Part shown: positions 10,407 through 20,420 of the stretch, in pieces
Layout of the letters: every line of letters starts with the position of its first letter
Position numbering within the stretch: position 1 is the first letter of the stretch
Source: an uncultured Phycisphaeraceae bacterium
Lineage (GTDB): Bacteria; Planctomycetota; Phycisphaerae; UBA1845
Length of the DNA: 59,594 nt
Reading direction: 5' to 3'
Assembly (NCBI GenBank): GCA_964416845.1
Contig: CAYQFV010000003.1
Span: 1-59,594 of the forward strand
Translations under genes and position numbers: made by a program
Notes under the pieces: generated by a model
The model's database searches: none
Told to the model about the DNA's origin: nothing
The model's input: only the letters and a program-made list of their open reading frames with translations

Positions 10407-12470
10407 TCAAGGCGTGACACGATACAGCGTCGCGTAGGGCGGTTGGCCTGATCGGTGCGAAAACGTCTCAACGCGTACCAAGCCGTCACCTTCCGTCGCC
10501 TTAAACAATTCCGGCGTGATCTCCTTCGCGAAACCGTACCGTGACCTTCGCAACCGGCGGATTTCGCCCCAGTTGACCAGCACGTGCGTGTACCCCTTCT
10601 GTCGTAGCCACGCCACCACGTCGGCCGGCTGTTTGGCGGTGCGCACGACTTCCACGAACGGATTTCGATTGAACACGACGCAATAGTCGACGCGGCGTTG
10701 GAAATAGAACGCCTTCGCATCACCGACCAACAGTATCTTGGCGTTCGTCGGCAATCGCCGATTGATCGTAGCGAGGTGTTCGTGTCCGCCGCCGATTCCT
10801 TCGATAAAGAATCGTTCCGCGCCCTCGAGCGGCATGCGTCGACCCGACGATACGAAATGCTCAACGTGCAGCTTGCCAGCCGCGAGCCCATTGAACACTG
10901 CCCCGCCGACTACCAGAAGAACCATCGCACCCGTGCCCGCCATCGACGCGAACCGGTCCAAAGCGCCTCCGCCAAGCAGCACCAGCGGTACGATCATTGG
11001 TACGGTGAATCGCGAGAATAGGTGCGTGGCTGTCATCCAACCGATGATTTGTAGTAGAAGCATCGCCCCTAGCAAAACGTCGTGACGCGTTCGCCCTGCG
11101 CGAACGAGCGCGCTGGCAGCCAGCAGCAACACCAACGGGCCGAATCGTTGCGACGGATCGCCGGCGGTGGCGGACCACAATCGTGCCAGTCGCGCCGTCA
11201 ACGACGACTCTGGAAGTGACGGTTGGTGACACTCTCGGAAATGCTCAGCTTCAGTCGCACCCCATCCCGGCGGATACGCTCCGAGCAGGCTGCTTGCGAT
11301 CGGAAACACCGGATCGCCGGTGGTGACCGTGTTGCGGATCAGCCATGGCGAGAATGCGAGCAATGTCATCAGGCAGAACGCGGCTGACTGCTTTAGACGC
11401 TCGCCGATGCTTGCGCTGCGAAGAAACACGACGACCATCAGGAGCGGCATGGCCACCAACAAGACGGCTGTATACTTGCACCCGCAACAAAACCCGCACA
11501 TCAAGCCCGCAAGACGAATCCACGCCAGCCGCGACGATGATGTCATGTCGGTCTCGCCGGATCGGAGCACCGCTGCCGTCGCAATCATCGCGAACATCAG
11601 CATCGCGTTCTCGACGTATGCGATGCCGCTGAGATAGGTCAGCCACCCCACGGTCGCGGTCAGCACGCCGGTCGTTAATCCCGCGCGTCGAGACCGCCGC
11701 CTGCCCGCCATGACGGCTGCTAACACCATGACCGCTGCAAACATCGGGTTGAACAATTTGGCTACCGCCGCGCCATCGTACGGGTCACCCATGACGATCA
11801 TGCTCAGCAGCGACAGCATCTCGACGTTCGCGGGGAAACTGCCATAGACGTTGTGCGGGGTGTAGGCAATCTCGCCGGACTGCAAGTACTCTTTGGGCAA
11901 CTCCAAGTGGTATTCCAGGACGTCATAACCCGAGCCTTCTTCCTGCCATAGGAAGCCCGGCGGCGTTAGGGCGGCGGACAGCGACAGCACGACGAACGGG
12001 GTCACGACCCACCACACTCGTCGCAGGCGACCGCGGGTCGCGGCGGTCGCGCTCTGGTCATCGCATCTTCGACGCTGGCAGATCAATCGCACGCCAGTCG
12101 CCACAGCCGCGAGCAACATCATCGCCAGAACGACGGACCACAATTCCCGACCCAACAGGCCGACGCAACCGAGCACGAGTACCAGCGTCGTGGTGAGGCC
12201 GCACCCCATCCCCGCGCCGGCCACGATTTGCCATCCCGACTCCAGCTTCGCCAGCCCCAACGGGCGAAGTGTCCACACGCCGGCAAGCGTCATGCACGCG
12301 AACAGCATCGCCGCGGGCACACCATTGAGTATCAGGAAAACCAGCGACCGCGGCGATTCCACCGCCATCGCCGCTGTACACACGGCCGCGCCCACGATCA
12401 GAACGTCGTATCGTTTCAAGAGGCGACCGAGCGCACGGGTTCTATGCGGAATGTCCGCGGATGGAGTCAA
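10407..12470 (-). CDS. Polytopic membrane protein, GT-C (ArnT/PMT-like) glycosyltransferase candidate
   Basis: Many hydrophobic segments; loop DVLEYHLELP, YVENAM, GCKYT, NTVTTGDPVFP; soluble C-terminal domain. Confidence 0.6.
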   Translation of the reverse strand: MTPSADIPHRTRALGRLLKRYDVLIVGAAVCTAAMAVESPRSLVFLILNGVPAAMLFACMTLAGVWTLRPLGLAKLESGWQIVAGAGMGCGLTTTLVLVLGCVGLLGRELWSVVLAMMLLAAVATGVRLICQRRRCDDQSATAATRGRLRRVWWVVTPFVVLSLSAALTPPGFLWQEEGSGYDVLEYHLELPKEYLQSGEIAYTPHNVYGSFPANVEMLSLLSMIVMGDPYDGAAVAKLFNPMFAAVMVLAAVMAGRRRSRRAGLTTGVLTATVGWLTYLSGIAYVENAMLMFAMIATAAVLRSGETDMTSSSRLAWIRLAGLMCGFCCGCKYTAVLLVAMPLLMVVVFLRSASIGERLKQSAAFCLMTLLAFSPWLIRNTVTTGDPVFPIASSLLGAYPPGWGATEAEHFRECHQPSLPESSLTARLARLWSATAGDPSQRFGPLVLLLAASALVRAGRTRHDVLLGAMLLLQIIGWMTATHLFSRFTVPMIVPLVLLGGGALDRFASMAGTGAMVLLVVGGAVFNGLAAGKLHVEHFVSSGRRMPLEGAERFFIEGIGGGHEHLATINRRLPTNAKILLVGDAKAFYFQRRVDYCVVFNRNPFVEVVRTAKQPADVVAWLRQKGYTHVLVNWGEIRRLRRSRYGFAKEITPELFKATEGDGLVRVETFSHRSGQPPYATLYRVTP

Positions 12471-14251
12471 GGCGACTGCTCGAAGACGATGCGGCGGTAT
12501 TGAATCAGGCTGGACAACGCATACTGCAAGTTCTCCAACGGAAGACGGTTGTCCGCCAGCGACGTGCGCACCCCGCCGACCACGTCGTCAGCCACGCGAA
12601 GGTAATACGTTTCCGGCCGGCGAACCTGGAGTTGCATCACGAATCTCGCTGCCCGGGTCGCGGCCAGTTCGTAGCGGACGGCCCGTTGGGTGTCGCCGAA
12701 CTTTCGCGCCGCGCGCAGGCAATGGACCCATCCGCGCAGGCACACCGCCGTCCGAATGTCGGGCGGACCGCCTTCCACCATGACCACGCCGCCACGCAAT
12801 TCGGCGGAGGCGCAGTTGGCAGGTGTTAACTGGTCGGCCACCAATCGGTCGGCAAGCTCGAACGCGAATCGGGCAAACTGCCGACGATTCGACGCGACCG
12901 CCATTTGGGCGAACGGCTGTTGCAACCAAGCGGCTGACATCGCCGTCGCATCGCTTGCGAGTGCTCGTGGTCGATAGTGACCGAACGCGCGATTGAACGC
13001 ATCCAGAATCTTCCCGTCAGGATGATGCTCGTACTCGGTGGCCAACCCCAGCAGCGCCAAGGCGGGGTACACATCCAGCCCCGTCAACCGGCGGGCCGGC
13101 GGAAAGGCCGTCAGAAACTCGCCCGACGGCTGCTGCAACCACAACTGGCCTGCCAACAGCTTCGTGACCGTCTCTCGATACCGCTCGCCGTCCGGAGCGA
13201 CCATCATCGCGAGGGCCGCCTGCGCGGTGAGACCTAGCTTGTTCTTTCCGTCGGCCGATGCGACAAACGCCGCACCCGCAACGGCCGGCAACGACAACAC
13301 CGCAGCTTGATGCGCGGCGATGGCAGCTTTCGCGGACGACATCGCAGCAGGGATGCGTGAATCGGCTGCGTACTCCGCGATGGCCCAGGCGGCGCCCGCC
13401 TGGTGCACCGCGCTGTCGCGTTTCGTGTAGGCGTTGGTTGTCGGCTCGTACTCGTAGGCGAACAGTCCCGATGGTCGCTGACGAAACATCAATACTTTCG
13501 CCATCCGGTCGATTGCCGCGTTGACCGCCGGTTCGGTAACGCCGTCTGCCGGCAACAGAACGACACCTCGCCGCAACGCAACGACGTCGTCACCTTCCGC
13601 GGGCGAATACCAATGACAAGTGCGGAATCTCCACAGCGTCATCTGATCGGCCGTTCGGCCGAAGCTCTTGACGAGCCGGGTGAGTGCTTCGCGCACCGGT
13701 TGATTTTTGATGACCATCTCCGACGGGCAGACCCGCCGTACGGTATCCCCAACGCGCACGCTCAGGCCATCGAGCCCCGGGTCGAAACGCCGCTCAATCT
13801 TGCCGGGCGCGAACCAATCACCATCGATTTCGACCGGCACTTCCTGGCCGATGACTTCGATCTCGACCGACGTGCCCGCGCGATCGCCAGTCGGAATGAG
13901 GCCGGTCAATTTCGCGTCGCGGGCCGCCGCGATGGCAGCTTCCACCGTTGTCTTGACCACGGGACCGCGTCCGGATGTTCCCGTCCCCAACAGCTTGCCC
14001 GCCTCGCGCACCGTCACGACGACGTGGCATTGCAGATCAGAAAGCGTGGAAGGAACGTAGCTCAATTCATAGATCGATCCATCGCGTTGATAGGCGTCAT
14101 ACGCCCGACGGGCGACGCGACATAGGAAGCGCTGATCGCGATGATCGATGGCAGGTGGTTTTGCAGCCAAGCGGGACTGGCAGAATGCGGTGTCTGCGCT
14201 GACTGCGACGCACAACCCAACCGTGAACACGCAAAAGTTGTGACGGCTCAT
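12467..14251 (-). CDS. Secreted protein with AMMECR1-like N-terminal domain and alpha/alpha-toroid C-terminal domain
   Basis: Signal peptide; VVVTVREAGKLLGTG and VEIEV resemble AMMECR1; helical repeats after MFRQRPSGLFAYEYEP and WLQQPSGEF. Confidence 0.5.
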   Translation of the reverse strand: MSRHNFCVFTVGLCVAVSADTAFCQSRLAAKPPAIDHRDQRFLCRVARRAYDAYQRDGSIYELSYVPSTLSDLQCHVVVTVREAGKLLGTGTSGRGPVVKTTVEAAIAAARDAKLTGLIPTGDRAGTSVEIEVIGQEVPVEIDGDWFAPGKIERRFDPGLDGLSVRVGDTVRRVCPSEMVIKNQPVREALTRLVKSFGRTADQMTLWRFRTCHWYSPAEGDDVVALRRGVVLLPADGVTEPAVNAAIDRMAKVLMFRQRPSGLFAYEYEPTTNAYTKRDSAVHQAGAAWAIAEYAADSRIPAAMSSAKAAIAAHQAAVLSLPAVAGAAFVASADGKNKLGLTAQAALAMMVAPDGERYRETVTKLLAGQLWLQQPSGEFLTAFPPARRLTGLDVYPALALLGLATEYEHHPDGKILDAFNRAFGHYRPRALASDATAMSAAWLQQPFAQMAVASNRRQFARFAFELADRLVADQLTPANCASAELRGGVVMVEGGPPDIRTAVCLRGWVHCLRAARKFGDTQRAVRYELAATRAARFVMQLQVRRPETYYLRVADDVVGGVRTSLADNRLPLENLQYALSSLIQYRRIVFEQSP

Positions 14252-14316
14252 CCGCCGAAGTATAGTTGCGCGACCTTGGTATCTCAACACGACCGTCGCC
14301 CGTAAGAGAATGCGTC

Positions 14317-15231
14317 TTGGCCAAGAACAACGCCGATTTTTCCAAACCCATCATCGAGGCTGCCATCCGCATCGCGAAATCTGCGTCGGCCCGCGCTTTG
14401 ATGATCCACGCCGACGCGGTCTTGGACTTTGAGCGACTCAAGACCGCGATCCATGAACCGACGGAACTGGTCATCATCACCCGCGACGTTCGGACAGCAA
14501 CGCGTATCGCGGAACGTGGCATCCACCATCTCGACGTTCCCGATTTCAACCTCACCAGGATGGGGCAGATCAAGATGGCTACCCTCATCGCCTTTTCGCA
14601 GGGGATGTTGAAGGGCGGCGACGTGTTCGTTTTCTTGACCGGCGTTGTGGGCCAATCCATCGACACGCTCGTGGTGATGGCCGTCGGCAAGGAATATGAG
14701 CTCTTTCAATCCGTCGGCCAACCCAAGCTCACGGAGCACATTCGCCGCGTGGTGTTTCAGCGTGCCCTGACGCTCATGCTCGAACTTGCCCACGAAGGTC
14801 GCGAGGGCAAGCCGATCGGCACGCTCATCGTGGTCGGCGACTATCGTGAAGTTCAGAAATACTGCCAACAGAACATCATCAACCCGTTCAAAGGGTACAC
14901 CGAGAAGGAACGCAACATCCTCGACCACCGCATCGGCGAGACCATTAAGGAGTTCGCGCACATCGACGGCGCTTTCATCGTTAAGGGTACGGGCGTCGTC
15001 ATGTCCGCTGGCACGACGCTGACGCCGAACGTCGCAGGCAATTCGCTCCCACAGGGGCTTGGCGCTCGCCACTCCGCCGCAGCCGCCATCACTGCATCGA
15101 CCAAGAGTATCGCGATGACCGTGAGCGAATCGACCGGCACGGTTCGGATTTGGCGTCGCGGAAAAATGATTACCGAAATCGAGAAAGCTCCCCCCACCCC
15201 GCCCACCGACGCATCAATCTGCGAAGATTAG
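14317..15231 (+). CDS. Diadenylate cyclase (DisA_N/DAC domain), DacZ/CdaZ-like architecture
   Basis: ELAHEGREGKPIGT, IDGAF, LGARHSAAAAIT; N-terminal ~150-aa extra domain; no TM segment; TTG start assumed. Confidence 0.8.
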   Translation: MAKNNADFSKPIIEAAIRIAKSASARALMIHADAVLDFERLKTAIHEPTELVIITRDVRTATRIAERGIHHLDVPDFNLTRMGQIKMATLIAFSQGMLKGGDVFVFLTGVVGQSIDTLVVMAVGKEYELFQSVGQPKLTEHIRRVVFQRALTLMLELAHEGREGKPIGTLIVVGDYREVQKYCQQNIINPFKGYTEKERNILDHRIGETIKEFAHIDGAFIVKGTGVVMSAGTTLTPNVAGNSLPQGLGARHSAAAAITASTKSIAMTVSESTGTVRIWRRGKMITEIEKAPPTPPTDASICED

Positions 15232-15789
15232 CAGGATGAACGAAAGGCCATCGTTGGCTGCTCGCTGGGCACAAGACGCCATCTTCGCGCCAATATCTCG
15301 TCGCCATCTCGAAAAAAACTGCGATCGCGACAGATCTGCGACATCGCCGCGTATACCCAGTGAACGGGCGTCGGAGTGTCCGAGACTTGCCCCGCCGCAT
15401 CGCGAAAGACCCGCAAGGTCGCTCGTATCGCGCCGGGGCAAATCAAGGGGTGAGCCGATCGACGCCCGAATGTGCAAGATAGTGAGCACGAGGCGTGGAG
15501 TTGCCATGATAAAATCGAACCTCCATCCCACCAAGCGTTCGACGACTCTGCAGGCCTGCTCCGCGCCTCGGCCGCTGCACCCAACAAGAAACCCTCTTTT
15601 CCTCCCTCAACCCAACGAGGTGAACGACGCGCTCGCGCGGGTACTCGGTGCGATCCAGCCACCGCACCCGACAAAACTGTGATCCCAAAGGAAAGCAGCC
15701 CGCGCGAGCGCCCTTCACCTTCGGCGGGAGGTGCATAACGTCGGTCAGACGCTCCGGACCAGCAGAAAGTGAATCGAGGCGGATCAGGA

Positions 15790-17436
15790 TCAGATCGGTG
15801 ATGGCGCAGAGATGTGCCGGATGCGAAGTGTCACAACAAGGCAGACGAGAATCGTTACGACCAGCGCTGCCAGCGAAAAACAATCGTCGAACGAGATGCT
15901 GGCCGGGCCGACCGGCAACGGGATCGGCACCGCGAACATCAACGACGCCGGCGCGATAAGTAGCCACCGCCACCAACCGCCACGATTATTCGGCGCGAAC
16001 GACGCAATAAGCCACAGCACCGCGACACTTCCATATCCCCACGGCAGGAACGGGCTGCGCAGTTGGCCTAAGACCAGCAACGCAATCCACGTCTGCGCGA
16101 GCAGAACTCTTCGCTGATCCAAACACTCGGGAGATGGTGACGTCGTTGCAGGCCGTCGATCTCGCAGGCCGGCGATGACGATGACCACACCGAGCATGAC
16201 CGTGTGACACCAGACGTATACCTTCGACATCGTTAATGCGTCGAGGTTGCCGAGGACGCCCAACTTCTGAAGTTTGAAGGCCGCCCCCATGACGGAGGAG
16301 TTCACGGCGATCGCACGTGGATTCGTCCATGCGAAGTTGAATGCTTCTCCGCTGAACAATCGGCCCAATTGGAAACCGACGAACGCGTCAAACGGTTTGA
16401 CACCGAAGACCAGGAGCGTTGCGACGCAGATCGCCACCATCGCCCCGCAGGTCCACAGTACGGCTGACCACCTTCGGCGGACGATCAGATAGACAAGCAA
16501 TAGCCCCGGAAAAAGCTTCGAGACGATCGCGAACCCGAGGAGCAATCCTCCGAAAGCGTACCGGCGCGTTTCAAGCGCCAACATGCCCAACATCGCCATC
16601 GTGATGATGAGAAAGTGCGTGTTGCCGACTTGGAGCGTGCCCAAGGTATTCGGCGCTATGAGCACCAGAGGCCAGACAAACCAGTACGCGTGAAACCTGC
16701 CATCGCCGATCCAATGGGCCAGCATCCATACGGCCGCGCCGAACAGCACAACATTGAGCACGAACCAGTATGTCCGCATCTGGAAGAAATTGCTGGTCAC
16801 CGCCATCAGGGCGCGCGGAAGGATCAAGAAGGGCGGCGGATACTGGTAGCGGTCAATCGTCAGCGCGTCGCCGATGGTGCGATGGATGTCCGTTTTCTGT
16901 TGCGGATCGCGGTACAACTTCGCGTCGTAGATGTTGTCAACGCCGTCCGACGCGTACCGAGCCCCTAGAACATAGCAGGTGAAACAATTGTGTTGGACGA
17001 AGAAGGGCTTGGCGAAAACAGCGTCGCCCAAGGGACGTAGCGTTGGATTGATGGCGTTTTCGGTCTTCGAAACGTCGAGCATGTACGTGCCCAACATTGT
17101 GACGCGGTACGTCGCCAACAGGCTGAACATGACCCAAGCGATGACGAACAGGCGCCGCCGACCGTCGCCGCCACCACCACCACCACCACCTTGCGGTCCA
17201 AACCGAACGATGAGCGGGATCGCCAAGATCGACAGCAGCGCAGCAGCTACGGCGGACACCAGTACCGAAGCGCCTGCCGCCAGCGCACCGATGATTGCCA
17301 TCGGCGCGACCGCGCCAGCCACCACGACCAGCACGCACCACCGCATTGTCGACCACGCACTCGCCGTCAATGGATTCACTCCATGGTCAATCCGGTTCGA
17401 AGCGACTCTTGTCGCACTGCTCAAGAGCAGTGACAC
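15790..17436 (-). CDS. Glycosyltransferase family 87 (DUF2029-like) membrane protein
   Basis: YQYPPPFLIL, TLQVGN, KLFPGLLL, multiple TM helices; start uncertain. Confidence 0.7.
   Translation of the reverse strand: MSLLLSSATRVASNRIDHGVNPLTASAWSTMRWCVLVVVAGAVAPMAIIGALAAGASVLVSAVAAALLSILAIPLIVRFGPQGGGGGGGGDGRRRLFVIAWVMFSLLATYRVTMLGTYMLDVSKTENAINPTLRPLGDAVFAKPFFVQHNCFTCYVLGARYASDGVDNIYDAKLYRDPQQKTDIHRTIGDALTIDRYQYPPPFLILPRALMAVTSNFFQMRTYWFVLNVVLFGAAVWMLAHWIGDGRFHAYWFVWPLVLIAPNTLGTLQVGNTHFLIITMAMLGMLALETRRYAFGGLLLGFAIVSKLFPGLLLVYLIVRRRWSAVLWTCGAMVAICVATLLVFGVKPFDAFVGFQLGRLFSGEAFNFAWTNPRAIAVNSSVMGAAFKLQKLGVLGNLDALTMSKVYVWCHTVMLGVVIVIAGLRDRRPATTSPSPECLDQRRVLLAQTWIALLVLGQLRSPFLPWGYGSVAVLWLIASFAPNNRGGWWRWLLIAPASLMFAVPIPLPVGPASISFDDCFSLAALVVTILVCLVVTLRIRHISAPSPI
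17171..17190. repeat. (CCA)n trinucleotide repeat encoding a poly-Gly run
   Basis: CCACCACCACCACCACCACC; six tandem GGT codons plus two GGC give Gly8. Confidence 0.9.
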
Positions 17437-17525
17437 ACTCGCAAGCTCAAGCGTGACGCCGGTCGGCGTGACAATCTCGTCGTGCGGCGAACGAGCTCCA
17501 AACGGGCGTTACGCGGTTCGCACAA

Positions 17526-18632
17526 TCAGGACGCGAAGAAGCTGGTCACCGACGAGATCACATGTTCAATCTGCTCGTCGGTCATCTCCGGAAAACAGGG
17601 CAGTGTCAGACATCGCTGCGATACCGACTCGGTGACGGGCATGTCGTGCGCGCGATGCTTGAACGTGCGTACCGCGGGCTGTTGATGAATCGGCGTCTTG
17701 TAGTGAATGCCCGTGCCGACGTTGCACTCGCCAAGGTGATGATGCAGTTCGTCGCGGCGGTCGGTCAAGATGACATAGCAATGGTAATTGTGCTCCGCAT
17801 CGTCGGACACGTGGGGCGTCACAATCGGCAACTCGGCGAACGCACCGTTGTATCGCCCGGCGATGATTCGTCGTCGGACGTTGTTGGCATCCAACATCGG
17901 AAGCTTGGCTCGAAGGATCGCCGCCTGAAGCTCGTCGATGCGCATGTTGTAGCCGACGATCACGTGCTCGAACTTGCTCTTGTGGCCGTGGTGACGCAAT
18001 AGCTGCAACCGCTCGTACGCTGCCGCGTCTGACGTGGTGACGAAACCGGCCTCGCCGAACGCTCCGAGATTCTTTGTGAAGTAGAAACTAAACGCCGCCG
18101 CATCTCCCATCCCACCGGCCGGCCGGCCTTTGTATCGCGATCCGTGCGCTTGGGCGGCATCTTCGATCGTCTTGAGGCCGTTGTCGCGAGCAATTTTCGA
18201 GATGGCGTCCATGTCCGCCGTTTGGCCGAACAGATGCACCGGCATGATGGCGGTTGTTTTCTCCGTGATCGCTTCGGCGATGCGTCCGGGGTCCATCGTG
18301 TACGTGTCCGGGGCGATGTCGATCATGACCGGTACGCCGCCGGCGTGAACGACCGACTCCACCGTGGCGAAAAACGTGTGCGACGGGACGATGACTTCGA
18401 ATCCCGGCGGGAAGTCGAATGCCATCATCGCCAGTGTGACCGCGTCTGTCCCGGACGAGCAACCCAATCCGAATTCCGCACCACAATACGTGCGAAACTC
18501 CTGCTCGAACGCCCGAACGTTCTCGCCGAGGAACAGTTGCATGCCGTCGAGAATGGACTCAAAAGAAGCGAGAACCTTGTCACGCACAGGCTCGAACGTC
18601 GCTCGGAGATCGACAAGCGGAACGTGGACCAT
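17526..18632 (-). CDS. DegT/DnrJ/EryC1/StrS family aminotransferase
   Basis: SSGTDA, PVHLFGQ, IEDAAQAHG, SFYFTKNLGAFGEAG, GYNMRIDELQAA. Confidence 0.92.
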   Translation of the reverse strand: MVHVPLVDLRATFEPVRDKVLASFESILDGMQLFLGENVRAFEQEFRTYCGAEFGLGCSSGTDAVTLAMMAFDFPPGFEVIVPSHTFFATVESVVHAGGVPVMIDIAPDTYTMDPGRIAEAITEKTTAIMPVHLFGQTADMDAISKIARDNGLKTIEDAAQAHGSRYKGRPAGGMGDAAAFSFYFTKNLGAFGEAGFVTTSDAAAYERLQLLRHHGHKSKFEHVIVGYNMRIDELQAAILRAKLPMLDANNVRRRIIAGRYNGAFAELPIVTPHVSDDAEHNYHCYVILTDRRDELHHHLGECNVGTGIHYKTPIHQQPAVRTFKHRAHDMPVTESVSQRCLTLPCFPEMTDEQIEHVISSVTSFFAS

Positions 18633-18753
18633 CGTGAAACCCTCCTCTAACCGGAACGCCCTTTTGCGAAGCGCTCATCGGCACCATAACGACGATTGCG
18701 GGCACGATCAATCGGACTTGCCGCAGCCGACGCGACGGACGAAGGACAAAGTC

Positions 18754-19689
18754 TCACGCGCCGCCCGTGAGGTGCAGCATCAGCGCCTTCTGCGCGTGAA
18801 GACGGTTCTCAGCCTGATCGAAAATGGCGGAGTTGGGCAAACGCGACGTACCGTAGTCGATCTCGTCACCGTAGTGGGCCGGCAGGCAGTGTAGAATGAT
18901 TGCGTCGGCGCCTGCTAACTTCATGGTCTCCGCGTCGATGGTGTACTTCGCGAAGATCTTCTTTCGAGCCTCCGCTTCGTCCTCCTGCCCCATGGACGCC
19001 CACACGTCGGTGTAGAGCACGTCGGCGCCGGTCGCGGCGGCTAGGTCGCTCGAGACGGTGATCTGCGAGCCTGTGGTCGAGCCGATCTGCGACGCCTGGG
19101 CCTTCACCTCGGCTTGCGGTTCGTATCCCGTCGGGCAAATGACCGTCATGTTCATGCCCATGACGGCAGCCCCGAGCATCAACGAATGGGCGACGTTGTT
19201 GCCGTCGCCGATGTAGCACGCGTTAAGCCCGTCGAGCTTGCCCTTGCGCTCGACGATCGTCTGAAAGTCGGCGAGGATTTGACAGGGGTGTTCGAGATCG
19301 CTCAGGCCGTTGATGACCGGCACCGTCGCATGCTTGGCGATGTCCGCAACGATGTTGTGACCAAAGACGCGTGCCATGATGATGTCGACGTAGCGAGACA
19401 ACACCAGCGCGATGTCCTCGGTCGTTTCTCGTTGCTCCAGCTTGATGTCCGTCGGCGCGAGGTAGATCGCATGCCCGCCGAGTTGCGTCATGCCCGTTTC
19501 GAAAGAAACGCGCGTTCGCAGGGACGGCTTTTGAAAGATCATGGCCAATGTCTTGCCCTGCATGGGCGCCCGGGCGATCTGTGAGCCTTCCGCTTTGAGC
19601 TCAGCGGCTGTTTTGAGAACGGCTGAAATCTCGTCGGCTGAGAAGTCGAGCATGGAGAGAAAATGACGCGCTTCGCGACGTACGCTCAC
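18754..19689 (-). CDS. argF: Ornithine carbamoyltransferase
   Basis: FQKPSLRTRVSF, HPCQILAD, GDGNNVAHS, YTDVWASMG, HCLP, QAENRLH. Confidence 0.96.
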   Translation of the reverse strand: MSVRREARHFLSMLDFSADEISAVLKTAAELKAEGSQIARAPMQGKTLAMIFQKPSLRTRVSFETGMTQLGGHAIYLAPTDIKLEQRETTEDIALVLSRYVDIIMARVFGHNIVADIAKHATVPVINGLSDLEHPCQILADFQTIVERKGKLDGLNACYIGDGNNVAHSLMLGAAVMGMNMTVICPTGYEPQAEVKAQASQIGSTTGSQITVSSDLAAATGADVLYTDVWASMGQEDEAEARKKIFAKYTIDAETMKLAGADAIILHCLPAHYGDEIDYGTSRLPNSAIFDQAENRLHAQKALMLHLTGGA

Positions 19690-19719
19690 GGGAAACTCCT
19701 TACATCTTTTATTGGGGGC

Positions 19720-20256
19720 TTATTCATGCGAGCTGAGGTCAGGTGAATCAGACATTTGCGCAGGTTCGTTCTGAACATAGTGCTCCAAATACTGCAAGAA
19801 AACTGGGTTCATTATTTCAGAAATCTTCACATCTCCACTATCAAGGCAATCGCCTTCTTGAAAAAACTCATTGCCCTCTGCTTCCAACGTCAACCAGCCC
19901 TTCCAAGCGGACGCTACGTTCGCCAGTTCGTGAGGATCGGAACCGGCAACCACCTGGCTAGCCCGGTACGCGAACCACAGATATTTCGTCATGAGCGACC
20001 AATTATGGACTACGATCCAAGCACAAAGGAGAACAATTACTACCGGCCATTTCCATTCTGCGGCCCCCTCCACAAGTCGCGTTAATCCAATGATCGCCGC
20101 GATGCCACCAATCCACAAACCAATATCTCTGTTCTTCCTCGCCCTTGCGTGTTTCTCTTCCGAAACGAAGCAACGCGCGATGGCTCGAAAAGTCCATGAA
20201 CGTAGTCTCAATTCACGGCGCTGTGTGGCATCCTTCTTGGGCTCCCCAGATGACAC
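19720..20256 (-). CDS. Hypothetical membrane protein (low GC)
   Basis: GAGGAG 8 nt before GTG; two hydrophobic segments; about 50% GC by hand count over 19741-20160. Confidence 0.6.
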   Translation of the reverse strand: MSSGEPKKDATQRRELRLRSWTFRAIARCFVSEEKHARARKNRDIGLWIGGIAAIIGLTRLVEGAAEWKWPVVIVLLCAWIVVHNWSLMTKYLWFAYRASQVVAGSDPHELANVASAWKGWLTLEAEGNEFFQEGDCLDSGDVKISEIMNPVFLQYLEHYVQNEPAQMSDSPDLSSHE

Positions 20257-20420
20257 GGCATTGTCTCCTCACGACGGCTATACCTTGGCATTGTCGTAGG
20301 CGCACGCGATTGGAAGCCACAAGGTCGAGGCGGCGTTCGTGCACTGCTCGAGAGCAGTGGCACACCCGTCCGCGAGTAATCCGGCAGCGTTTTCAGGCAC
20401 CTTGGGTACGATTCGCGGTC

